From assembly GCA_023428655.1 (NCBI GenBank), contig JAEYXC010000297.1, positions 1 through 35,225 on the forward strand: a stretch of 35,225 nucleotides of DNA, given 5' to 3'. A program made the position numbers and the translations under genes. The notes beneath the pieces are model-generated. The model made no database searches. It saw only the letters and a program-made list of their open reading frames with translations, and was not told the DNA's origin. Of this stretch, positions 1-8,704 are shown piece by piece. The stretch comes from Bacillota bacterium. Its GTDB lineage: Bacteria; Bacillota; Clostridia; Lachnospirales; Lachnospiraceae. Every line of letters begins with the position of its first letter. The stretch's first letter is position 1.

Positions 1-85
1 TTGACGGACAGATTGTTGAATTTGTATGACAATAGCAAACATTTATGTTTGATAATGGCATACAAAACAATAAGATGTCCGTCAA
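1..85. repeat. Long imperfect inverted repeat (hairpin), possibly truncated by the window edge
   Basis: Nested pairings: TTGACGGACA (1-10)/TGTCCGTCAA (76-85); ATTGT (12-16)/ACAAT (67-71); TTTGTATG (21-28)/CATACAAA (59-66); CAAACA (36-41)/TGTTTG (46-51); loop TTTA. Confidence 0.7.
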
Positions 86-237
86 CCTGTGTGTGAGGGA
101 TGCATGTAGTTCGTTCCTTCATTTTTACCATGCCTTATGCAACAGGCCCTTTTGTGTTATCATTATTACGAAGGGCTGATGCATGCCTTCGGTTGAGATG
201 TTGGCTTAATGCATGCCATGCCATCGGTTGAGATAAA

Positions 238-268
238 TTGACAATTATGCTAATATAGTGTATATAAT
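238..268 (+). promoter_or_regulatory. Candidate sigma-A promoter of the Y-family polymerase operon
   Basis: TTGACA at 238-243. TATATA at 261-266 (17 bp spacer) overlaps TATAAT at 263-268. RBS GGGAGG follows at 278-283. Confidence 0.5.
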
Positions 269-291
269 CAAGTGGAAGGGAGGCAGTGGAG

Positions 292-1683
292 ATGTCAAAT
301 GCAGGCACAACAAAACAGGAGCATATTTATATTGCCATTGATTTGAAATCATTTTATGCCTCCGTGGAATGCGTGGAGAGAGGGTTGAATCCGCTAACGA
401 CCAACCTTGTGGTAGCGGACCCGACCCGCACGGAGAAAACCATCTGCCTCGCAGTATCTCCATCCTTAAAGACCTATGGTATCCCCGGAAGAGCTCGCCT
501 TTTTGAGGTTCAACAGAAGCTAAGGGAAGTAAAGCAGCGTACGGGCAAAGAGGTGGAATACATTATTGCACCACCTCAGATGGCCAGATATATTGAAATC
601 TCAGCGGATATTTATGAGACCTATCTAAAATATCTTAGTCCGGAGGATATCTATGTATACAGTATTGATGAATGTTTTATGGATGTGACGAATTACCTAA
701 GTCTCTATCAGATGTCTGCGAAGGAGCTTGCGGTAAAAATGATTCATGATGTTCTTAAGAGGACCGGGATTACAGCCGCGGCAGGCATCGGAACCAATCT
801 ATACCTTAGTAAGATTGCCATGGATATCGTGGCAAAGCATGTGGAGGCCGATGCCAGTGGAGTGAGGATTGCTGAACTCGATGAGCTGTCATACCGCAGA
901 TTGCTATGGGATCATAAACCCATTACTGATTTTTGGAGGATTGGTGGGGGTATTGCAAAAAGACTGGAGAATAGCGGACTACACACAATGGGGGATATCG
1001 CCAGAATCTCTTTGTATAATGAGGATCTTTTATATCGCATGCTTGGTATCGATGCGGAATTATTGATTGATCATGCATGGGGCTATGAACCCTGCACCAT
1101 GGAGGATATCAAAGCCTATAAGCCCAGTACCAACAGTATTTCTTCAGGACAGGTGCTTCAGCATCCCTACGATTTTCATAAGGCAAGAATCATAGTACAG
1201 GAGATGACGGATTTATTGGTGCTGGAATTGGTTGAAAAGGGACAGGCTACGGATAGTCTGACCTTAACCATAGGCTATGACCGCAGCAATGTGGATGAGG
1301 GGGCGTATCAGGGAGAGGTTACCTATGATCGATATGACAGAGCGGTTCCAAAGTCTGCACATGGTACGGTTAATCTAGGAACAACGAGCAGTAGTACCAA
1401 GAAAATCATGACAGCGGTTATGGGGCTTTATGACAGGATTACCTCAAAGGAGCTGATGGTCCGGCGTGTTACTCTTTCAGCCAATAATTTGGTGGAAGAG
1501 CGATATGAGCAATATGACCTGTTCACAGATCCCGTGGAGCAGGCGAAGGAGCGCAAGATGCAGGAGGCCATGCTTCATATCAAGAAGAAATTTGGAAAGA
1601 ATGCCATTTTAAAGGGAATGAATTTGGAGGATGGAGCTACCACGAAGGAACGAAATAATCAAATTGGTGGACACAAAGCTTAG
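292..1683 (+). CDS. Y-family (ImpB/MucB/SamB, UmuC/UvrX-like) translesion DNA polymerase
   Basis: Motifs IDLKSFYASVE and YSIDECFMD, AGIGTNLYLSKIA, HhH-like DFWRIGGG, and C-terminal IKKKFGKNAILKG. Start moved to ATG 292, 8 nt after GGGAGG. Confidence 0.93.
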   Translation: MSNAGTTKQEHIYIAIDLKSFYASVECVERGLNPLTTNLVVADPTRTEKTICLAVSPSLKTYGIPGRARLFEVQQKLREVKQRTGKEVEYIIAPPQMARYIEISADIYETYLKYLSPEDIYVYSIDECFMDVTNYLSLYQMSAKELAVKMIHDVLKRTGITAAAGIGTNLYLSKIAMDIVAKHVEADASGVRIAELDELSYRRLLWDHKPITDFWRIGGGIAKRLENSGLHTMGDIARISLYNEDLLYRMLGIDAELLIDHAWGYEPCTMEDIKAYKPSTNSISSGQVLQHPYDFHKARIIVQEMTDLLVLELVEKGQATDSLTLTIGYDRSNVDEGAYQGEVTYDRYDRAVPKSAHGTVNLGTTSSSTKKIMTAVMGLYDRITSKELMVRRVTLSANNLVEERYEQYDLFTDPVEQAKERKMQEAMLHIKKKFGKNAILKGMNLEDGATTKERNNQIGGHKA

Positions 1684-1695
1684 AGGTGATTGTAT

Positions 1696-2166
1696 ATGGT
1701 TAAGAATCCAATATCCTTGGACGCGAAGGCTACGCATAAATACGATGATATTATTCATATGGATTATCCGCTGAAGGGGTCTGATCTCATCAGACATCCC
1801 AAAATGAGAGTGGAAGACAGGGCTAAAATATTTGCACCCTTTGCGGCGCTAAAGGGCTATGAGGAAGCCATAGCAGCAAAGCAAAAGATTGTGGTACCCC
1901 GCATGGAATTGTCGGAGGAAATGAAGGAATATTTAGACCTACAGCTGGGAAGGATCGAACAGCTACTGATGGAAGGACTGCACCCGATTATTAAGGTTGT
2001 GTTTTTTCAAAAGGAGAAGAGTGGGTGCGAGGAAGGTGAGTATATTCAGATTACCGGTATGGTTGCCAAAATTGATCTTACCGCACGAAGCCTTCAGGTT
2101 GTTGAGAAAAGACTTAAGTTTAATGATATTTATCGTATTGAAGGCGAGGATCTGGAGTATATATAA
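1696..2166 (+). CDS. YolD-like protein (Y-family polymerase accessory)
   Basis: RAKIFAPFAALKGY motif typical of YolD-like proteins; directly downstream of the polymerase; RBS GAGGTG 7 nt before ATG 1696. Confidence 0.8.
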   Translation: MVKNPISLDAKATHKYDDIIHMDYPLKGSDLIRHPKMRVEDRAKIFAPFAALKGYEEAIAAKQKIVVPRMELSEEMKEYLDLQLGRIEQLLMEGLHPIIKVVFFQKEKSGCEEGEYIQITGMVAKIDLTARSLQVVEKRLKFNDIYRIEGEDLEYI

Positions 2167-2377
2167 TAATTAATGAGAGCCCAGCTGGACCGGGAGTAGT
2201 GAGGTATGTAATCTTACGTACAGTGAAGTTATGTAGCCTGGTGCACGTAGAAGTTATATATTTACTTATTGGTACCAATTGGTTATAATATGGTATCTGA
2301 ACAAATACAAATCGGATAATAAAGATGGTATTCAATGTCTTTACATCTCATTGAATTACATGAAAAAAGGTGATATT

Positions 2378-3304
2378 ATGGCGAAATTATTAATGTTAGA
2401 TTTAGGAGAAGCAGAAGAGGTCTGTGATGTCGGAAAGGCAATATCTTCTCCTGTAAGACTCGAAATATTGAAGCTGCTTTATGAGGAGAGCTTGAACATC
2501 GGTGAGATTTCCGAAAAGCTCCATATCGCACCTTCCAGCGCGGCACTGCATGTTAACATATTGGAGAAGGCTAAGTTGATTAATACGGAGGTGCAGCCTG
2601 GCACAAGAGGCGCCGTGAGGTTATGCAGTAAAAAAAATGATATCATTAACATCAGTCTGGATAATGTATCAAAGGACGTTAATCAAGTAATTAGTGTCAA
2701 TATGCCCATTGGTGCTTATACGGACTGTGAGGTGATTTCGACCTGCGGTATAGCGGATGAAGATGGAATTATCGGAAATGAAGATACGAAGCAATGCTTC
2801 TATCTGCCAAATAGAATGAATGCTCAAATCATCTGGAGCTCCGGTGGTTTTATTGAGTACAAGTTTCCTTATCAGGTGCCGAAAAGATCCGATTTGAAGA
2901 GAATTGGTCTATCCCTGGAGATCTGTTCGGAAGCTCCGAATTACAGAGAGAATTGGAAATCGGATATCACCGTATGGATTAACGGAGTGGATTGCGGAGC
3001 ATGGTTGTCGCCGGGAGATTTTGGAGCCAGAAGAGGAAGACTGACTCCCACCACCTGGTCATCGGGGAGTACCCAATATGGATTGCTGACGACTTGGGAG
3101 GTAAGAAAGGATGGCAGCTATATTAATGAGAACCGAGTGAGTGATACCCATTTAGCAATGCTGAATATCAAGGAAAATGAACCTTTGATAGTTCGGATCG
3201 GAAATAAAAAGGATGCTAAATATGTGGGTGGCTTTAATATCTTTGGTGAAAAGTTCGGAGATCATCCTCAGAATATCGTCTTAAGTATGGAATATAGACT
3301 GTAA
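2378..3304 (+). CDS. ArsR-type winged-HTH transcriptional regulator with large C-terminal domain (COG4189-like)
   Basis: N-terminal ISSPVRLEILKLL...LNIGEISEKL...SSAALHVNILEKAKLI. C-terminal EICSEAPNY...SDITVWING...SPGDFG...TQYGLL...GGFNIFGEKFG. RBS AAGGTG before ATG 2378. Confidence 0.85.
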   Translation: MAKLLMLDLGEAEEVCDVGKAISSPVRLEILKLLYEESLNIGEISEKLHIAPSSAALHVNILEKAKLINTEVQPGTRGAVRLCSKKNDIINISLDNVSKDVNQVISVNMPIGAYTDCEVISTCGIADEDGIIGNEDTKQCFYLPNRMNAQIIWSSGGFIEYKFPYQVPKRSDLKRIGLSLEICSEAPNYRENWKSDITVWINGVDCGAWLSPGDFGARRGRLTPTTWSSGSTQYGLLTTWEVRKDGSYINENRVSDTHLAMLNIKENEPLIVRIGNKKDAKYVGGFNIFGEKFGDHPQNIVLSMEYRL

Positions 3305-3331
3305 TAAGCAAATTGAACGAGCGTTAAAAGC

Positions 3332-3377
3332 AGAGCGGGCCAAAATGGATTATTTACCATTTTGTCTGCTCTTTTTT
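3332..3377 (+). terminator. Rho-independent terminator after the regulator
   Basis: Stem AGAGCGGGCCAAAATGG / CCATTTTGTCTGCTCT followed by a T-run. Confidence 0.8.
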
Positions 3378-3693
3378 GTATTTCTGGTCTAAACCATTGG
3401 GCTTCTGTCCTGTCGTAAAGCATCATAAACAAACATAAACGCTGAATGAATTAAACAAGGATACTGAATAAAAAGACATAAATATTGTTGTAAAAATGTA
3501 AAAGTAGTCAAAAATATATAAAAATAATAAAATATATGTTGATAAAATATATAAAATATAATATAATCCAATTGTAATAGAACAATAATAGTGTTTAAAT
3601 AAAAATGGAAATACTGATAAATAAACACTAAAATTGTTTTAAAATGTCTATGCATAGCATTTGTAACTTATTCTAAGAAGAGATGGAGGTTTT

Positions 3694-5007
3694 ATGAAAA
3701 TGAAAAAATTATTGGCATTGTTACTCACTGCAATTATGGTTCTTTCGCTTACTGCATGTGGTGACACTCAGAACAGTAATGAGACGGAAGCAGTAGACAC
3801 AAGTCAGACAGAAGCAAATACTGAGACAGTAGAAGAAGAGCAACCTCAGGTAAAGCCCGGCAAAAAGGGAAGTATCGAGTTTTGGACTGTTTTTACAGGA
3901 GCGGATGGAAGCTCAATGCAGGCTATCGTAGATGCTTATAATGCGACAAATCCGGATTATACAGTAAACCATCGTGCAATCGAAGCGAATGATTTATATT
4001 TAAAAATGCCCTTAGCAATTCAGTCAGGGGAAGATGTACCGGATGTTGCTATCAATCATGTTGAAAGAATCCCCTTATTCCAGGAGAGTGGCTTCTTGGA
4101 GGATCTTAATACTCTGATCGGAGATTCTAAAATAAAGGCTGAGAATTATAACCCGAAAGCTTGGCAGATGACGGAAATCAATGGCGGACATTATGGAATC
4201 CCGTTGGACGTACATTCCTTTGTTTTATATGTTAATATGGATTTATATGAGAAATATGGAAATGGTTCCTTGGATGATGGTGTAGTGACCTGGGATGAAA
4301 TTAAAGCAGTCGGTGAAGCATGTAAAGCAGATAATATCATTCCGGTAGGAATGACATGGCATCGTGTTAAGTTTTTATCCGCTTATGCACAGCTTGGCGG
4401 TACCCTTAGTACCGATGGAATGACTCCCGACTTTAACAATGATAAAGCATATCAGGTATTAAATACTTGGACTGAGTTAAATGACTTAGGCTACATACAA
4501 AAGGATGGAGATGCTCCTTGGGAAATGTTCTTGGGCGGAAATATGTTATATTGTCCGGAAGGCATCTGGATGTATAATAACGTAAAAGAAGCTGGTTTGA
4601 ACGTGAAGATGCTTGACTATCCCACCTTTGATCCTGGCACAAAAGGCAACTGGACCTCTTCCCATCAGTTTGTCATTCCGAAGAACGAGAAAAGAGATGC
4701 CGAGAGAACAAAAGCGGTACTTGATTTTATCGACTATCTTGGTAACAACAGCTTAGAGTGGGCAAAAGCAGGTCAGGTACCGGCCCATGTTGCTATTAAG
4801 GATGTAGCTGAGTTTAAGGATATGCCCCAGGCCTTTTTAGCTGACGAAAATGAAGAGCTTAAAATCTACAGCTATAAATATTATGGCTATGCAGTTGAGA
4901 GCTTAGATAAGGTTCTGGCTGAAATTCTCTTTGGCCGTATGACAGCCGAGGATGGACTTAAGCAAGCAGTTCAAGAAACAAAAGACAGAATAGAGATGGG
5001 GCAATAA
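3694..5007 (+). CDS. Carbohydrate ABC transporter solute-binding lipoprotein
   Basis: Signal peptide with lipobox LTAC, acidic linker, family-1 SBP motifs (EDVPDVA, HYGIPLD..VLYVNMDL), RBS GGAGG. Confidence 0.92.
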   Translation: MKMKKLLALLLTAIMVLSLTACGDTQNSNETEAVDTSQTEANTETVEEEQPQVKPGKKGSIEFWTVFTGADGSSMQAIVDAYNATNPDYTVNHRAIEANDLYLKMPLAIQSGEDVPDVAINHVERIPLFQESGFLEDLNTLIGDSKIKAENYNPKAWQMTEINGGHYGIPLDVHSFVLYVNMDLYEKYGNGSLDDGVVTWDEIKAVGEACKADNIIPVGMTWHRVKFLSAYAQLGGTLSTDGMTPDFNNDKAYQVLNTWTELNDLGYIQKDGDAPWEMFLGGNMLYCPEGIWMYNNVKEAGLNVKMLDYPTFDPGTKGNWTSSHQFVIPKNEKRDAERTKAVLDFIDYLGNNSLEWAKAGQVPAHVAIKDVAEFKDMPQAFLADENEELKIYSYKYYGYAVESLDKVLAEILFGRMTAEDGLKQAVQETKDRIEMGQ

Positions 5008-5024
5008 TCAATAGTCTATGGAAG

Positions 5025-5052
5025 ATATGAGGACTGTACACAGTCCTCGTAT
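5025..5052 (+). other. Intercistronic stem-loop after the SBP gene (probable mRNA stabiliser or partial terminator)
   Basis: ATATGAGGACTG-TACA-CAGTCCTCGTAT with no long U-tract. Confidence 0.55.
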
Positions 5053-5077
5053 CCTCATGATTGGGGGAAAATTGAAG

Positions 5078-5977
5078 ATGGCAGAAAGAGAAGGGATAAA
5101 AAGAAAAAGGAAATTTAGTTTTACTCCGTATTTATTTATTGCACCGCATGTAATCATATTTTTATTGTTTTTCCTAATTCCTATGCTGTTTGGAATTTAT
5201 GCGTCATTTACTAAGTGGAACCTGTTCACCGATCCCAAATTTATCGGGTTGGATAATTTTAAAACAATCCTTTTCAATCAGGAGTCAACCTTTTATCGAC
5301 AGTTTTGGAATGGACTTAAAAACACCATAACCTTTGTAATTATTTGTGTGCCCTTTCAGATTATTATACCCTTATCGATTGCACTTCTTTTGAATAAAAG
5401 ACCGAAGGGACGTAATTTTTTTCAGGGAATCTTATATATGCCTACCTTGTTTTCCATAACATCGGTAACATTAACCTGGTTGTTTATATTTAATCGTTCC
5501 TTGGGCTTGTTTAATAATTTGTTCGGAACGGATATCAATTGGTATGGTGAACAGCCCTTTGCCTGGATGACAATTGTGATAACAACCATATGGTGGGGGC
5601 TCGGCGGTAATTTGATTATTTATGTGGCAGCCTTGTCAGGTATTGATAAATCGGTCCTGGAGGCAGCTGACCTTGATGGAGCGACAGGCTTTAAACGCTT
5701 TTGGCACATTACGGTTCCGACAATTAAGTTTCCACTAGCGTATACAGTTATCGTATCAATCATTGCACAGTTCAATATCTATGGACAGCCTTTAATTATA
5801 ACCGGAGGCGGTCCCAATGAATCAACTTATGTTTTACTAATGTACATTCGTAATTTGGCATTTGGAACAGGGAATTCAGTAGCTGGTATGGCAAGTGCGA
5901 TGGCTACCTGCCTAGGATTAATTATTGGTGTTATTTCCATCGGGCAGCTATTATTAATGCGTAATAAAACGGATTAG
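5078..5977 (+). CDS. Carbohydrate ABC transporter permease (MalF/UgpA-like)
   Basis: PYLFIAP, FIGLDNF, EAA loop EAADLDGA, GGGP; multiple TM helices. Start moved to ATG 5078, after the hairpin and a GGGGG RBS. Confidence 0.92.
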   Translation: MAEREGIKRKRKFSFTPYLFIAPHVIIFLLFFLIPMLFGIYASFTKWNLFTDPKFIGLDNFKTILFNQESTFYRQFWNGLKNTITFVIICVPFQIIIPLSIALLLNKRPKGRNFFQGILYMPTLFSITSVTLTWLFIFNRSLGLFNNLFGTDINWYGEQPFAWMTIVITTIWWGLGGNLIIYVAALSGIDKSVLEAADLDGATGFKRFWHITVPTIKFPLAYTVIVSIIAQFNIYGQPLIITGGGPNESTYVLLMYIRNLAFGTGNSVAGMASAMATCLGLIIGVISIGQLLLMRNKTD

Positions 5978-5988
5978 GAGGTGCATAA

Positions 5989-6864
5989 ATGAGAAGAAAT
6001 AAGGAAGATTATTCTGCGCAATACAATAGTACGAAAAAAGAAGCCTGGGTTGCTTTTTTTATATTATGCATTATTGTAATTGTTGCATTAGTGCCCCTGG
6101 TCTGGATTATCATATCTTCGTTTAAAGTTGATGCAGAAATCAACAAGGCCGGAGGCTTTATGTTCTTACCCAAGACCTGGACTTTAAGAAACTATAAAGA
6201 AATCTTAGCCTTTAGTAATAAACAGCTTCCCGTGTATAATTGGTTTTTGAACTCGATTATTGTATCGGGAACTCAAACAGTGATCGCCGTAACAATCTAT
6301 GCAATGTCCGCCTATGCTTATGCAAAATTGAAATTTAAGGGAAGGGATACTATATTCCTGGGAATTATGTTCTTGTCCTCCTTTCCGGCTATTACGAACA
6401 TTATTCCTTTGTATAAGATCATGCATACCTTCGGATGGCTGAATGAATTAGTTGCTTTAATCGTACCGGGTCTTGCAGGAGTACTTAATATATTTTTGAT
6501 AAGACAGTTTATGTACGCGATTCCGGATGTGATATTGGAATCGGCCAAAATAGACGGAGCCAAGGAATGGAGGATTTTCTCCCGAATTGTTCTGCCTAAT
6601 TGTAAACCCATCCTAATTGCAGTGGGATTGTTTACGTTTACCGGAAGCTGGAATGACTTTTTGTGGCCATCGATCGTAATAAATAATATTGATCGTCTTA
6701 CCTTAACGGCCGGACTTCAGCTGGCAAAGGGTGTTTACGGTAACCAGGTAGCTAGAATGTGTACAATAGCAACGATTGCTATCATACCAATGATTATTTT
6801 GTATATCTTCACACAGAAATATTTCGTGAAGGGGATTTCTTTAAACTCAGGTGTAAAAGGCTAA
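5989..6864 (+). CDS. Carbohydrate ABC transporter permease (MalG/UgpE-like)
   Basis: ESAKIDGA EAA loop, SWNDFLWP, C-terminal QKYFVKGISLNSGVKG. Confidence 0.93.
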   Translation: MRRNKEDYSAQYNSTKKEAWVAFFILCIIVIVALVPLVWIIISSFKVDAEINKAGGFMFLPKTWTLRNYKEILAFSNKQLPVYNWFLNSIIVSGTQTVIAVTIYAMSAYAYAKLKFKGRDTIFLGIMFLSSFPAITNIIPLYKIMHTFGWLNELVALIVPGLAGVLNIFLIRQFMYAIPDVILESAKIDGAKEWRIFSRIVLPNCKPILIAVGLFTFTGSWNDFLWPSIVINNIDRLTLTAGLQLAKGVYGNQVARMCTIATIAIIPMIILYIFTQKYFVKGISLNSGVKG

Positions 6865-6890
6865 GATAACAATAGAAAAGAGGTACATAG

Positions 6891-8615
6891 ATGAGAGTTC
6901 CAAGAAATGAATATCCAAGACCGCAATTCGTAAGAAACGAGTGGTACAATTTAAACGGTGAGTGGGAGTTTTCTTTTGATACGGATTGCTTTGACCGAAA
7001 GATCATTGTTCCCTACGTATATCAGACAGAATTATCCGGGATCAATATTCAGGATCCCCATGAAATTGTCTGGTATCGCAGGAGCTTTGTTCTGCCGGAG
7101 GGTATGAAGGGGAAGAAGACGATCCTTCACTTTGGTGCAGTTGACTATCATTGCCATGTATGGGTCAATGATGTGTTCATAATGGAGCACACAGGTGGTC
7201 ATATCAGCTTTGAAATGGATATAACACATGCACTGACAACGGGTGATAATACAATTGTATTAAAGGCTTGCGATAGTCCAAGTGATCTTGAAATGCCAAG
7301 AGGAAAGCAATATTGGAAGGATAAGTCGGAGGGAATCTTTTATAATCGGACGACGGGTATCTGGCAGACGGTTTGGCTGGAGGCAGTAGAGGAGACCTAC
7401 CTGGATAAGGTTTATATTACACCCGATCTAGACAATATGCAGGTTGAGTTTAATTATGAAATTGTAGGCAAAAAGGCAGTCGAGCTACGGACGGAGATTT
7501 ATCTAGGTGATGAATTATTAGTGATAAATACTATCGAAACAAAGCGGAACGCCGCTAGCTATAAGGTTCTGTTGGATCAACAGATATTGAAAAATTGGAA
7601 TTTCCAGGAGAACCTGGCTTGGACACCGGAGAATCCAATATTATTTGATGTTATCTTCAAGGTATACGAGGATGGACGGGAAGTGGATCATGTAACCTCC
7701 TATTTCGGTATGAGAAAGGTATCCATTGAGAATGGTAAATTCCTGTTAAATAACCGTCCCTATTATCAAAAATTACTTCTGGATCAGGGGTATTGGGAGC
7801 CTTCTTTATTGACAGCTCCTACCGATGAGGATTTTATAAAGGATATTGAACTAGCTAAGTCCATGGGCTTTAATGGGGTAAGAAAGCATCAAAAAATTGA
7901 AGATCCCAGATTCTTATATCATGCAGATAAAATGGGATTTATCGTATGGGGTGAAATAGCGGCAGCTTATGTCTATTCCCGTAAATACGTAAAGAGAATT
8001 ACCCATGAGTGGATTGATGAAATCCTAAGAGATTATAATCATCCTTCGATTGTTGCCTGGACACCCTTGAACGAATCCTGGGGTGTAATCAATATAAAGG
8101 ATAAAAAAGAGCAGCAGAGCCACAGCGCGGCAATGGTTCATTTAACAAAGTCCCTTGATCAGACCAGACCGGTGATCTCCAATGATGGTTGGGAGCATAC
8201 CTGTACCGATTTGGTAACAATCCATGATTATGAGTGGAATAAGGAGATTTTAAAGGAGCGCTACAGAACCTTAGAGAATATCCTGAATTACGCACCGGGA
8301 GGAAGACCGTTAATGGCCCATGGATGGAAATATGAAGGTCAACCAATCCTTGTGACAGAGTTTGGCGGTATTTCTTATAAGAAAGGGGATTGGGAAGGCT
8401 GGGGCTATTCCAATGCCACCTCCGATGAGGATTTTGCACAGAGGTACTGTGATGTAGTATATCCTTTGCTGGAATCACCCTTTGTACAAGGCTTTTGCTA
8501 TACGGAGATTACCGATGTGGAGCAAGAGATTAATGGGTTATGTACCTACGATAGAAAACCGAAAATAGATGTTGAAGTCATTCGCGCCATTAATGAAGGC
8601 AGATGGAAGAAATAA
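6891..8615 (+). CDS. Glycoside hydrolase family 2, cytoplasmic
   Basis: PRNEYPRPQF, LHFGAVDY, TGIWQTVWLE, LDQGYW, GFNGVRKHQK; acid/base NHPSIVAWTPLNESWG; nucleophile region PILVTEFGG; DVEQEING. No signal peptide. Confidence 0.92.
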   Translation: MRVPRNEYPRPQFVRNEWYNLNGEWEFSFDTDCFDRKIIVPYVYQTELSGINIQDPHEIVWYRRSFVLPEGMKGKKTILHFGAVDYHCHVWVNDVFIMEHTGGHISFEMDITHALTTGDNTIVLKACDSPSDLEMPRGKQYWKDKSEGIFYNRTTGIWQTVWLEAVEETYLDKVYITPDLDNMQVEFNYEIVGKKAVELRTEIYLGDELLVINTIETKRNAASYKVLLDQQILKNWNFQENLAWTPENPILFDVIFKVYEDGREVDHVTSYFGMRKVSIENGKFLLNNRPYYQKLLLDQGYWEPSLLTAPTDEDFIKDIELAKSMGFNGVRKHQKIEDPRFLYHADKMGFIVWGEIAAAYVYSRKYVKRITHEWIDEILRDYNHPSIVAWTPLNESWGVINIKDKKEQQSHSAAMVHLTKSLDQTRPVISNDGWEHTCTDLVTIHDYEWNKEILKERYRTLENILNYAPGGRPLMAHGWKYEGQPILVTEFGGISYKKGDWEGWGYSNATSDEDFAQRYCDVVYPLLESPFVQGFCYTEITDVEQEINGLCTYDRKPKIDVEVIRAINEGRWKK

Positions 8616-8704
8616 TGCGATGGGGCTGCTTCGATCCATACGATAACAAGGAAGGAACAGCCAGCAGCCCTATTTATGAGTAGGTAACTGATTTTGGAGG
8701 TATT

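Noticed and set aside
36..51. CAAACA-TTTA-TGTTTG as a LexA/SOS box
   Set aside because: It does not fit GAAC-N4-GTTC spacing, lies about 190 bp from the promoter, and is simply the apex of the 1-85 hairpin.
292..2166. Prophage/ICE, given the UmuC-YolD cassette
   Set aside because: No integrase, relaxase, phage or transposase genes, or att-like repeats, are visible in the window. This cannot be excluded left of base 1.
3389..3655. 88-aa minus-strand ORF
   Set aside because: It is a low-complexity F/Y/I-rich translation of the AT-rich promoter region with no recognisable motif.
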